From: Anaerolineales bacterium
GTDB taxonomy: Bacteria; Chloroflexota; Anaerolineae; Anaerolineales; UBA6663
Assembly: GCA_043734225.1 (NCBI GenBank)
Contig: JAYTFQ010000804.1
Coordinates: forward strand, 1-14,654
Length of the DNA: 14,654 nt
Direction: 5' to 3'
Of the stretch, positions 1 through 8,747 are shown piece by piece; position 1 is the stretch's first letter, and every line of letters begins with the position of its first letter. The position numbers were made by a program, and so were the translations under genes. The notes under the pieces were generated by a model, which had not been told where the DNA came from, did not search any database, and was given only the letters and a program-made list of their open reading frames with translations.

Positions 1-118
1 CCAGCCACCTCCCGTGTACCCTTCAATAGGGTCCAAATCTGTCCAGCCCAAAGGGCGCACTCCACTGTGCCGGCCCGGTGGGGCAGGTTCCACCGAAAAA
101 GGCGTTCCAGCCGTGATC

Positions 119-156
119 TTTCGTCGCTTTCCCCCTTCGGGTATAAAATCCCCCTA
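119..156 (+). promoter_or_regulatory. Putative sigma70-type promoter with AT-rich -10 (TATAAAAT at 142-149) placed so that transcription would start at or within 1-3 nt of the ATG at 157, implying a leaderless mRNA. The -35 is weak (TTTCGT/TTCGTC around 119-125).
   Basis: TATAAAAT is a conspicuous AT island in otherwise about 70% GC DNA. Its spacing to the ATG at 157 is 7-13 nt. There is no Shine-Dalgarno sequence between it and the ATG. The frame-1 sequence upstream of 157 has low GC3 (about 57%) compared with the very high GC3 downstream, so 1-156 is non-coding. Confidence 0.4.
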
Positions 157-1434
157 ATGGAATTCCTACGGCAGCGCGGCTTTTGGACCGGAATGGGCGC
201 CTTTGTGCTGGTGGCAGCCGCCGTGGCGGCGTATGCCATTCCGCCCTGGCCGTCGCTGATGAACTGGGTGTTCGACCTGCTGGCCTTCTTTGGCGCGTTG
301 GTGGCCGGGCTGATGCTGATCTCGCAGTTCGTGCTGCCGGTGCAGACCATGCGTGAGCGGCGGGCGGTGTTCGACCACTTCATGCAGTATGTCAGTGGCA
401 ACTACGGCCCGATCATCTTCGTGCGCGACGGCAGAATTATCGGCCGCAAGGAAGAGCTGCGGCGCTATGGCCACGGCGTGGCGCTGGTGGACCCGGTGAG
501 CGCCATCGTCATCGAGCGGGCCGCGGCCCATCATTGGTGGGCGCCGGCGGTGGACCCGGATCAAGCGCGCGAGGAGATGCCGCAGGGAGCGCGGACCGGG
601 CCGGCGCTAGTGCGGGCCGCCGGGCCAGGCATCGACTTCATCGCGCCCGGCGAGCGCATTGTGGCTTCGCTCGACCTGCGGCGCCAATCACGCGGCATAG
701 CCGCCCAGGCGCTGACGCGCGACGGGATCGAATGCAGCGCCTATATCAGCGTTACCTTCGGGCTGGACCCGGACCCGGAGCGGAAGGCCGGCGCCGAGGC
801 GGCCAGCCCAACGGCGCGCGCCGAACGCAACCAGCCGGCCTATCACTTCAACCGCGGCAGCGCTTTCCGGGCCGTTTATGGCGTGGCGCTGGGCGAGAAG
901 CAGGCGGTGGATTGGACCGAGCTGCCTCTGATCGTGGCGGTGGAGCGCTTCCGCGACGTGCTGTCAGAATTCAAGCTGGATGAGCTGTTTCAGCCGACCA
1001 AGCCCGATACCTACCCGTTCTCCACCTTCCAGGGCCGGGTGGTCAACCTGGTGAAAGAGGCGCCGGTGCTGCGCGAGCGCGGTCTGATCGTCTACGGCGT
1101 AGGCATCGGCAATTTCGGTATGCCGCGCGAGGTGCTCAACCAGCGCATCCGCTCCTGGCAGGCGCGCTGGCAGAAGGCCACCATCCAGCAAGAGGCAGCG
1201 GTGGAGAGCCAATCACTGCGCACCGCGAGCCGTTGGCAGATCGACGCGCAGCAGATGATCTTCAAGGACATCCAGGCGCTATTGGGCGCCACCGACGACC
1301 CGATTGCGCGCAAGGCGCTGGCGCTGATGCTGATGAAGGCTCTGCGGCGGGCAGCGGCCGACCCGCGCCAGCGCGCCAAGCTGCCGGCCGAAACCCTGCG
1401 CACCATTGAGAGCCTGGGAGAACGCGCGCCATGA
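157..1434 (+). CDS. Membrane-anchored SPFH/band-7-like domain protein (paralog A), 425 aa. Two N-terminal TM helices are followed by a stomatin/prohibitin-like core. The start is corrected from the ORF-track GTG at 67 to the ATG at 157 (MEFLRQRGFW...).
   Basis: Hydrophobic helices GMGAFVLVAAAVAAYAI and VFDLLAFFGALVAGLMLISQFVL. The core block GPGIDFIAPGERIVASLDLRRQS...QALTRDGIECSAYISVTFGLDP mirrors the stomatin core GPGLFFIIP...VDLRTQ...TKDNVPVRVNAVVYFRV. A later block (GLIVYGVGIGNFGMPREV, then a Q/A/R-rich helical region) resembles the SPFH C-terminal WGI.V..V.I.D..P..V segment and coiled-coil. GC3 is high from 157 onward. The gene's stop overlaps the start of the next gene (ATGA). Confidence 0.6.
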   Translation: MEFLRQRGFWTGMGAFVLVAAAVAAYAIPPWPSLMNWVFDLLAFFGALVAGLMLISQFVLPVQTMRERRAVFDHFMQYVSGNYGPIIFVRDGRIIGRKEELRRYGHGVALVDPVSAIVIERAAAHHWWAPAVDPDQAREEMPQGARTGPALVRAAGPGIDFIAPGERIVASLDLRRQSRGIAAQALTRDGIECSAYISVTFGLDPDPERKAGAEAASPTARAERNQPAYHFNRGSAFRAVYGVALGEKQAVDWTELPLIVAVERFRDVLSEFKLDELFQPTKPDTYPFSTFQGRVVNLVKEAPVLRERGLIVYGVGIGNFGMPREVLNQRIRSWQARWQKATIQQEAAVESQSLRTASRWQIDAQQMIFKDIQALLGATDDPIARKALALMLMKALRRAAADPRQRAKLPAETLRTIESLGERAP

Positions 1435-2909
1435 GCGCCGCCCAACACAACGGTGCGCGGCCTGACTCGTTCATCGCCTGGCTGGAGCGGCGGGTGGAGA
1501 AGCTGCGCTGGCAGGTGGGCTTCTATGTGCTGCATTTCGTGGAGGGCGACCACCAGTGGGGCCAGATGCGCTGGACGGCCATTGTGGCCGTGACCCTGGT
1601 GTTCGTGGTCATCAGCCGGCTGTTCGAATCAATCCCAACGCTGCCGCTGTTTGATTGGGTTATTGAAAACCTGGGGCTGCGGGAAGTTATCCCGGCGCCG
1701 GCGCTAAACCTGGCGGCGGTGGTGCTGTCGTTCTTCACGCGCCAGGTGGTGCGCCATGGCATCCCGGTGGTGCTAGGGGTGCTGGTGGCGCTGTATTACG
1801 GCGCGGCCTATTTGAAAGAACTGCTGGAGCTGGGCAATCTGCAGCAGGCGCTCAAGTACCTGACGGCTACCCTATTTGGGCGCGATTACCCGCGCATGGT
1901 CATCCAGGACGGCAAGGCCGGGGTGGTCGACCCGGAGACCAACCCGATGCTCAAGATCGGCGGGCCGGGCTGGGTGGATATCAAGATCGGCAACGCGGCT
2001 CTGTTTGAGCGAGTGGTAGGACCGTCTTCTGTGCTGGGCGCGGGCAGCCATTTCGTCCGGCGCTTTGAGACGCTGCGTGAGGCGTTTGACCTGCGCGAGA
2101 TCGAGCGGGTGCGCGGCGATGTGAAGATGATGACCAAGGACGGCGTGCCGATCGTGGTCAATGATATGCGCGCGCGCTTTCGGGTGCGGGCGCGCGAGCT
2201 GCGCACGGAAAGCAATCCCTACCCGGTGATGACCGGCGCCATCCGCAAGGCGGCCTACAGCCGCAAGGTGACGGCCAAGGGGCTGGAAGTGTGGGCCGAC
2301 ATGGTGGCGGGGGCGGTGCGCGGCACCATCGCCGACTGGATTGCCCACCGGCGCATGGACGAGCTGATCGCCCCGCCGCGCGACGGCAATCAGCCCGAGG
2401 ACGCGGCGCCCCAGCCCTATCGCCAGGCACTGCACGAGCTGTTCAAGCACAAGAACACGCGCCAGAAATTCGCCGAGATGGGCGCGGAGATCATCTGGGT
2501 GAGCGTGGGATTTATGCGGCCCGACCCGGACGTGGACCCGGAGCTGAACCCAGACGCCGACGCCACCGGCCACGACAAGATCCACGCGCAGCTGATCGAC
2601 ACCTGGAAAAGCGCCCACGCCGCGCGGGCGCAAGACGAAATTTCAGACGCCAATGCCTATGCGCGCTGGCTGAACGACACAGCGCGGGCTGAGGCCGAGG
2701 TGGAGCTGATCATGGCGCTGACCAAGGGCCTGCGCGAGGCGCGGTCTGACGGGCTGATGCTGGACGACGCGCTGTCGGACCGGCTGCTGGAGTACGTGAG
2801 CGGGGTGAAGCTGCGCGAGCCGCAGCAGGTGAACCCGCTGCTGGCGCTGAACAGCCTGCTGGCCAGCGCGGCGGAGCAACCGAAGCGAGATTTGCTGACA
2901 GGGAAGTAA
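1431..2909 (+). CDS. Membrane-anchored SPFH/band-7 (stomatin/flotillin/HflKC-type) domain protein (paralog B), 492 aa, with a C-terminal coiled-coil extension. It is translationally coupled to the upstream paralog.
   Basis: Two to three N-terminal TM helices. The SPFH core matches well: MVIQDGKAGVVDPETNPMLKIGGPGWVDIKIGNAALFERV against stomatin ...RLGRVVGARGPGLFFIIPIFEKA..., MTKDGVPIVVNDMRARFRV against ITKDNVPVRVNAVVYFRV, and IIWVSVGFMRPDPDV against WGIKVTAVEIKDVELP. This is followed by an A/E/R-rich helical tail. The ATGA start/stop overlap is at 1431-1434, and GGGAGAA lies 7 nt upstream of the ATG. Confidence 0.8.
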   Translation: MSAAQHNGARPDSFIAWLERRVEKLRWQVGFYVLHFVEGDHQWGQMRWTAIVAVTLVFVVISRLFESIPTLPLFDWVIENLGLREVIPAPALNLAAVVLSFFTRQVVRHGIPVVLGVLVALYYGAAYLKELLELGNLQQALKYLTATLFGRDYPRMVIQDGKAGVVDPETNPMLKIGGPGWVDIKIGNAALFERVVGPSSVLGAGSHFVRRFETLREAFDLREIERVRGDVKMMTKDGVPIVVNDMRARFRVRARELRTESNPYPVMTGAIRKAAYSRKVTAKGLEVWADMVAGAVRGTIADWIAHRRMDELIAPPRDGNQPEDAAPQPYRQALHELFKHKNTRQKFAEMGAEIIWVSVGFMRPDPDVDPELNPDADATGHDKIHAQLIDTWKSAHAARAQDEISDANAYARWLNDTARAEAEVELIMALTKGLREARSDGLMLDDALSDRLLEYVSGVKLREPQQVNPLLALNSLLASAAEQPKRDLLTGK

Positions 2910-2918
2910 CCGTAAGTC

Positions 2919-5698
2919 CTATAGCTCGCGCAGCGCCTCCACTACTTTGAGCGTGGCCAGCCGGCGGGCGCTCAACACAGTACTGAGCAGCATCCCGGCA
3001 ATGACCAGGCCGGCCAGCCCAAACAGCTCCAGGCCGGGCCAGGCCAATTGCCCGGCGGGGATGGTGAAGATAACCCCCAGCAAGAAGACAAGAATGCGCG
3101 CCAGGACGATGCCCACCAGCGCGCCAATGAGCAGGCTGAGCCCGCCGATGGTCAGCGCCTCGGCAAACAGGAAGCGGCGCAGATGACTGAGGTTGGCGCC
3201 CAGCGCGCGCATGGCGCCGAACTCGCGCCGGCGCTCGCTGATCATCCCCAGCAGGAAAATGGCCAGGCCCAGCGATGACACCAGAAGGGTGTACAGCCGT
3301 TCCATGGCGCCCAGCCCGCCCAGGTTCAGGGCGGTCAGCGAGCTCTCTTCGGATTTGACCACGGTCTCCGTGCTGACCAGGCGCACCGGCAAGACGTTGT
3401 GGAACCGCGCTGCCAGCGACGCGGCGACGCGGTCGATGGTGGCCGCTTGCCCATCCGTCTTGAGCAGGAAGTAATCCATGGCCGCGCTGCCCGAGCTATA
3501 CGTCATGAAGTCGCGGTTGAGGATAAAGTCGGAGTCCTGCGATGAGGTGGGGAAGTAGATGAAGAACCCCACGGCCTGGGCGCGCACGTCGACGTACTGG
3601 TTGGTCGCGCGATTGTACAGGCGCAGCAGCACCGGGTCGCCGATCTGGATGTTGTACTTCTCGGCCTGCTCCACCGAGATGATCACGCCGTTGGGCGTGG
3701 CCGCCAGCGCCGCCAGCACGGCCCGCGCGGAGCCGGGGGCATAGTGGGTGGTGCGGTTAGTCATGGCGTCCACTGTTTGTTTGGCCGCGCCATCTACGAA
3801 AAAGCTATCCGGCAGGTAGGCCACCTGGCTGAAGCCGGGCACGTCGATGCCGTAGACGGTGTTCTTCTCGGAACCTACCAGCGCCTGGGTATCGCGGGCC
3901 ACCGCCGTCACCCCGGCCACGCCGGGCATGGCGGCCAACTGCCCAGCAAAATCCGCGGTCTGCGGGGTATTCAGCGCCGGGGTCAGCCGCAGATCGGCGC
4001 CGACGATATACTGCGCGTCGAGGCGCTTTTCGTGCGCGTACGTCTGCTGAAAGAGGGCCAGGCTGACGCCGAACGACAGGGTGAGCGCGATCACCGTCGT
4101 GGCCGCGCTCACCTGGGCAGCGCGCAGCGCGATGGACTTGCCCGCGGCCTCGCCGATCTCGCCAAAAAGTCTGCGGAACAGGCGCGCGATGAGAGCCCCC
4201 GCCCGGGCCAACCCGCCCGACACCAGGCGCAGCACCAGCAAGGTGAGCCCCAGCCAGGCAAAGGCCGGGGCCAGGAAGACGTAGAACGATAGCGATAGCG
4301 CGGCGCCCTCGCTGCCGGAGGGCTTGAACCCGCCCGTGAGAATCGTGATCACCAGCACGACGGCCGCTGCCGCGAGCAAGATCAGGTCGAGATAAATGCG
4401 TTTCCAAAACGGGGCGGCCTCGGCGCGGCGCGCTACCTGGCGCTCCTGGGTGATCTCGCGCTGAAGGGCCTGGTAAGTGGGCAGGAAGGCGGCCAGGAAG
4501 GTGAGCACCAATCCGCCGGCAAAGGCCAGCGCCGCCGAGCGGGCAAACGAAACCCAATCAAAACCGGGGGCAAAGGGGTTGAGCGCGCCGGCCACCTGGC
4601 CTTGAGCGCTGACCAATAACATGAGCATGCCAAACGCCAGTCCCAGCACCGATCCGCCCAGGGCCAGCAACAGCGAGGCGCCGGCGACGATGGCGGTGAT
4701 TTGCGCGGGCGTGGCGCCGCGCGTACGCAGCAGGCTGATTTCGCGGCGCTGCGTTTCGGAGAACAGCTCGGCGGCGAATTTGGAAAGATAGGCCGCCAGG
4801 GCAACGCCGGGCAGACCCAGGAAGATGAGTAGGATTTTGGCCGAGAGCACGTCGGCCTGTGCGGTGGCCAGGGCGCGCGACAGGTTATCCACCGCCTTGA
4901 GCTGGCCGGAGAATTGGCGCTCCACCTGGCGGCGGAGAGCGGCGGTTTGCAGGGCCGCCAGGGCCGGGTCAGCCGGCAAAAGCGCTCGCTCAACCCGCAG
5001 GTGTATTTGCGGGTCGAGAATGATGGCGCCCGGCGCAAGCGTGGCGGGCGCATTGGCAGCGCTGATTGCCAGCGGCGCCCGCAAGTTGACGTTGAACCAA
5101 CCGGCGTCGACCACGACCACATCGGCCACCACAGCATTTTCGCCGGCCGTGGCCGTGGCAAACAGCGCATCGGCGCCGGACAAATTGACGATGCCGCTGA
5201 TGGGAAAACTGACCGTGCGGCTGATGCCGGAGAAAGTGAGCTGCAGGCTATCGCCCACTTTCAAGTTCTGCGCGATGGCCATGGCCTCGCTGACCAGGAC
5301 GCCGTTCGGATCAAACTGGCCCTGGCTGAGTTGCAGCACATCGAAGGTCTGAAGATAGGCGGGCGAGATGGCAAACAGCCGGCCGGCAGCCGACGCGCGT
5401 GTCGCCTGGCTGCCCACGGCCGAAGTGAAGTCGGCTACCGACACCGCCTCGGCCGCCGACACGCCGCGCTGCGCCCGCAGCGCTGGCAGCATGGCGGCGG
5501 TGTCCACGTCTGGCTGGGTGGCGTGGGCCACCAGGTCCAGCTTAACCGGCGCCAGGGCTGTGGCGGTCATTTGACGAGCGGTAGCATCCACAAAGAACAA
5601 AATGCCGGCCAGCAGGCCAACGGCCAACGCCAACCCAAACAGATAAGTGCCGGTGCGGCGCGGGTTGCGCGTGACCAGGCGCCAGGCATACGACAGGC

Positions 5699-5702
<4 letters not shown>
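2919..5702 (-). CDS. ABC transporter permease, 927 aa, with duplicated FtsX modules (YbbP/MacB-like). It has about 10 TM helices and two large extracytoplasmic domains (after TM1 and after TM7).
   Basis: The N-terminus MSLSYAWRLVTRNPRRTGTYLFGLALAVGLLAGILFF is typical of MacB/FtsX. The C-terminus carries the canonical FtsX TM2-4 block (ERRREFGAMRALGANLSHLRRFLFAEALTIGGLSLLIGALVGIVLAR...). An internal first FtsX block (ILLIFLGLPGVALAAYL...ISLLRTRGATPAQI...) is followed by extra TMs and a second extracytoplasmic domain of about 250 aa. A 4-nt ATGA overlap joins it to the upstream ATPase gene. Confidence 0.9.
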
Positions 5703-6401
<699 letters not shown>

Positions 6402-6409
<8 letters not shown>

Positions 6410-7094
6410 GGGCCGGCGCCTGTTCCACAAGCTGGCCGTCAGCAATGATCACCTGGCGGCCGGCCCGCGCTGCCACGCTTGGATTGTGGGTGACGACGAC
6501 CAGGGTAAGCCCGTGGCTGGCGTTGAGCTGATCCAGCAGCGCCATCACCGTGCCAGCCGTGGCGCTGTCCAACTCGCCGGTCAGCTCGTCCGCCAGCAGC
6601 AGCTGCGGCTCATTCGCCAGGGCCACCGCAATCGCCACGCGCTGGCGCTCGCCGCCCGACAGCATATCCGGCCGATGATTGGCGCGCTCAGCCAACCCGA
6701 CCTCAGCCAGCAGCTCGCGCGCACGCGGCCGAGGTTGGCGGCGCCCGGCCAATTGCATGGGCAGCAGCACGTTTTCGAGCGCGCTCAGGAACGGGATCAA
6801 ATTGTCGCCCTGGTAGACGATGCCAATCTGACGCCGGCGAAATACGGCGCGCTCGCGCTCCGGCAGACGGGCCAGATCGGTGCCGGCGATGATCACCTGC
6901 CCGGCGCTGGGCACGGCCAGGCCGCCCATCAGGCTGAGCAGGGTGCTCTTGCCGGCCCCCGAGCGCCCGGTGATGGCGACGAATTCGCCGGGCGCCACGC
7001 TCAGGCTGGCGCCGCGCAGGGCCACCGTTTCGATAGCGCCGGCCTTGTAAATCTTGTACAGGTTGTCCAGGCGCACGGCTTGCATTCGGTTCAC
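6402..7094 (-). CDS. ABC transporter ATP-binding subunit (NBD-1), distinct from NBD-2, about 227-230 aa. The start is either the GTG at 7094 (GTGA overlap with the lipoprotein stop) or the ATG at 7085 (MQAVRLDNLYKIY).
   Basis: Walker A GRSGAGKST, Q-loop IVYQGDNL, signature LSGGERQRVAIAVAL, Walker B/D-loop LLLADELTGELD (atypical L and E in place of the usual P and N), H-loop LTLVVVTHN. GGTGA lies 5 nt upstream of the ATG at 7085. Confidence 0.88.
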
Positions 7095-7741
7095 CGGGCA
7101 GCCTTGAAGGTAAGAGCGATATCGCGCACGCCTTCGCGGTCATAACTGCTGGCCGGCCCAGCCACCGTCAGAATGGCGAGGCGGCCATCGGCTAGAGGCA
7201 TGTAGTAGCGCTCGTCATGCGCGGCAAACGCTTTGCCGGTGACGGGCGAGGCGCCGGCGGCCTCATAGCCCAAAATGATGGCGTTCTGCACCTCGGTCGA
7301 CGGCGCCAGGCTGAGCTGCTTGAAGCCAGGAAAGGCGGCGCTGACGGCGGCCGCGTCGCTCTTGGCGTAGGCCAGCGCATCCACGCCGCCGGCCGGTTTG
7401 ACGAAGTCCAGGACCATATAACTATCGCCGCCGGCGAATCGAACGCCCTGAGTCACCGCCGGGTCCTGAGTCCAGTTGCCGGGATGGCCGATGGCAAACC
7501 CCTGGGCCGCGTCGGAATAAGTCACCAGGGCGGATTCCACGCCGCCTTCGCCGCCGCCATCGGTGGTACCTTTCGGCGCTACGGTCGGCAGCGCGACGGT
7601 GGGCGCAGCGGCGGTGATGGCGGGCGATGCGCTGCCCGGCGCCGTCGTAGCGGCCGGCGAGGCCGGCCGGCTGCAAGCCGCCAGCGTTGTTCCAAGAAAG
7701 AGCAGGCCAGCTAAGAGTGTGTGTTTGCGAATGCGCAGCAT
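7091..7741 (-). CDS. Lipoprotein of unknown function, 216 aa. It has a signal peptide with lipobox LAAC, an Ala/Pro/Thr-rich linker, and a C-terminal domain of about 130 aa (possibly a PsbP/Mog1-like fold). It is the first gene of the ABC operon.
   Basis: The N-terminus MLRIRKHTLLAGLLFLGTTLAACS has the classic [LVI][AST][GA]C lipobox. AAGGAAAC lies 6 nt upstream of the ATG at 7741. Its stop overlaps the NBD-1 start. GC3 is high. Confidence 0.8.
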   Translation of the reverse strand: MLRIRKHTLLAGLLFLGTTLAACSRPASPAATTAPGSASPAITAAAPTVALPTVAPKGTTDGGGEGGVESALVTYSDAAQGFAIGHPGNWTQDPAVTQGVRFAGGDSYMVLDFVKPAGGVDALAYAKSDAAAVSAAFPGFKQLSLAPSTEVQNAIILGYEAAGASPVTGKAFAAHDERYYMPLADGRLAILTVAGPASSYDREGVRDIALTFKAAR

Positions 7742-7994
7742 AGACGGTTTCCTTGGTCGGATGTGACGGGCCGGCGACTCCGGCTTTCACCCATCAGACA
7801 TAGGTTAACCGTTTGAGATGAAACTGGCATGAAATCGAGCCACGGCTGCGCGGCGCGGGCCTGGTTCGGCATCAAAACCGCGTTGGGGGCAGCCGAAACG
7901 CTGGGGTTTGGCGCGAACCGTCTGTGCTTCATACTGGCTTCACCGGCATTTCATCTCGCCAGCTTACACTCCGCTGTATGGCATGCCATCCGCG

Positions 7995-8030
7995 ATCGAC
8001 GTTAGGTGGGTTGTTATCGATTGTTATCGA
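7995..8030 (+). promoter_or_regulatory. Candidate response-regulator operator: a perfect 10-bp tandem direct repeat TTGTTATCGA-TTGTTATCGA (8011-8030), plus a third ATCGA core (in GCGATCGAC, 7994-8000) 21 bp upstream on the same helical face. The repeat ends 22 nt before the PepSY ATG.
   Basis: The repeat was read directly from the sequence. Direct repeats with 10-11 bp periodicity are the established binding architecture of OmpR/PhoB-family regulators, and one is encoded about 2 kb away. The site overlaps the expected -35/-10 zone of the PepSY promoter. Confidence 0.45.
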
Positions 8031-8052
8031 ATAGAGAAAGGGAAACAAAACC

Positions 8053-8691
8053 ATGCGAGCAAAACGAGCTATGGCGCTGGCCGCCATCACCCTGGCCGGC
8101 GTTGGCACCTTGGGGGTTGCCGGCGCCAAGGCCTACGCACAAGCGACGGCGGCGCCCAGTGCGCAAGTCCGCGCCGTTCCAGCGCAGGCGAAAAAACTGC
8201 GTCTGAAGCAGTATGCGGCGAACAGTGCGCCCATCAGCGCGCCAACGGCAACCGCGCCAGCTGTAAGTGGGCCGGGCGCTACTGAGCCGGCCGCCACGGG
8301 TGTCGAAACGGACACCGTCGAACTGCAATCGGGCGACCAGGCGGGCGGCAATGACGTCAACGGCACCGCTGATCAGGGGCCAGATCAACAAACGCCGCGG
8401 CTTAACGGCAGCATCAGCGTGCCGCAGGCAGCGGACGGCAGTCAGAGCGACGCGGCTGAAGCCGCCACGCTGGCTGGGCTGGCCAAAATCAGCATTGAAC
8501 AGGCCCAGGCCGCGGCGCTGACGGCCAACGGTGGGACGACTGTGGTCAAGGCGTCATTGGACAATGAGAACGACACACTGATTTATAGCATTGAGTTGAG
8601 CAACGGCTCAGACGTAAAAGTGGACGCCGGCAACGGCCGGATCCTGGCGACTGACGTTGGGGGCGCCGAGAACGGCGGCCAGACGCAGTAG
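8053..8691 (+). CDS. Secreted PepSY-domain protein, 212 aa. It has a signal peptide (cleavage after AYA), a long low-complexity A/P/Q/T-rich region, and a C-terminal PepSY domain.
   Basis: Signal peptide MRAKRAMALAAITLAGVGTLGVAGAKAYA. The C-terminal block ISIEQAQAAALTANGGTTVVKASLDNENDTLIYSIELSNGSDVKVDAGNGRILATD is a typical PepSY (YpeB/propeptide) motif. AAAGGGAAAC lies 8 nt upstream of the ATG. An intrinsic terminator follows immediately downstream. Confidence 0.85.
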   Translation: MRAKRAMALAAITLAGVGTLGVAGAKAYAQATAAPSAQVRAVPAQAKKLRLKQYAANSAPISAPTATAPAVSGPGATEPAATGVETDTVELQSGDQAGGNDVNGTADQGPDQQTPRLNGSISVPQAADGSQSDAAEAATLAGLAKISIEQAQAAALTANGGTTVVKASLDNENDTLIYSIELSNGSDVKVDAGNGRILATDVGGAENGGQTQ

Positions 8692-8747
8692 CCATAACCC
8701 AGGCTCTGCGGGCCCGCCCGCAGGCCAACTGAAGTGGGCGGGGCCGA

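Noticed and set aside
82-107. Hairpin CGGTGG-ggcaggtt-CCACCG followed by AAAAAGG; the sequence is also superficially tRNA T-loop-like (GGTTCCACC)
   Set aside because: It is followed by an A-tract rather than a T-tract on the plus strand, and on the minus strand the T-run precedes the stem, so it is not a canonical intrinsic terminator in either orientation. No acceptor or anticodon stems can be built, so it is not a tRNA.
67-156. N-terminal extension of the first CDS (ORF-track GTG start at 67, MPARWGRFHRKRRSSRDLSS...)
   Set aside because: The segment is low-complexity and basic, its GC3 is far below that of real genes in this window, and it contains the AT-rich TATAAAAT promoter-like element. 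The ATG at 157 followed directly by TM helices is a much better start.
7978-7989. Perfect 12-bp palindrome ATGGCATGCCAT in the ABC/PepSY intergenic region, about 64 bp upstream of the PepSY start
   Set aside because: Roughly 3-4 perfect 12-bp palindromes are expected by chance in 14.6 kb (14654 x 4^-6), and more with skewed composition. I found no second copy. It contains TGGCA but no -12 GC element at the right spacing for sigma54. It is kept only as a low-priority operator candidate.
7711-8285. Small ORFs in the 311-bp ABC/PepSY intergenic region (7711-7932 minus, 7908-8285 plus, 7929-8129 minus, 8006-8206 plus)
   Set aside because: They overlap the real lipoprotein or PepSY genes out of frame or run through the promoter and repeat region. 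They lack an SD and any coding-like periodicity, so they are not supported as small proteins.
8706-8723. GC hairpin CTGCGGGC-cc-GCCCGCAG just after the PepSY stop
   Set aside because: The loop is too small for the full stem and there is no U-tract. The convincing terminator is the downstream hairpin at 8752-8790.
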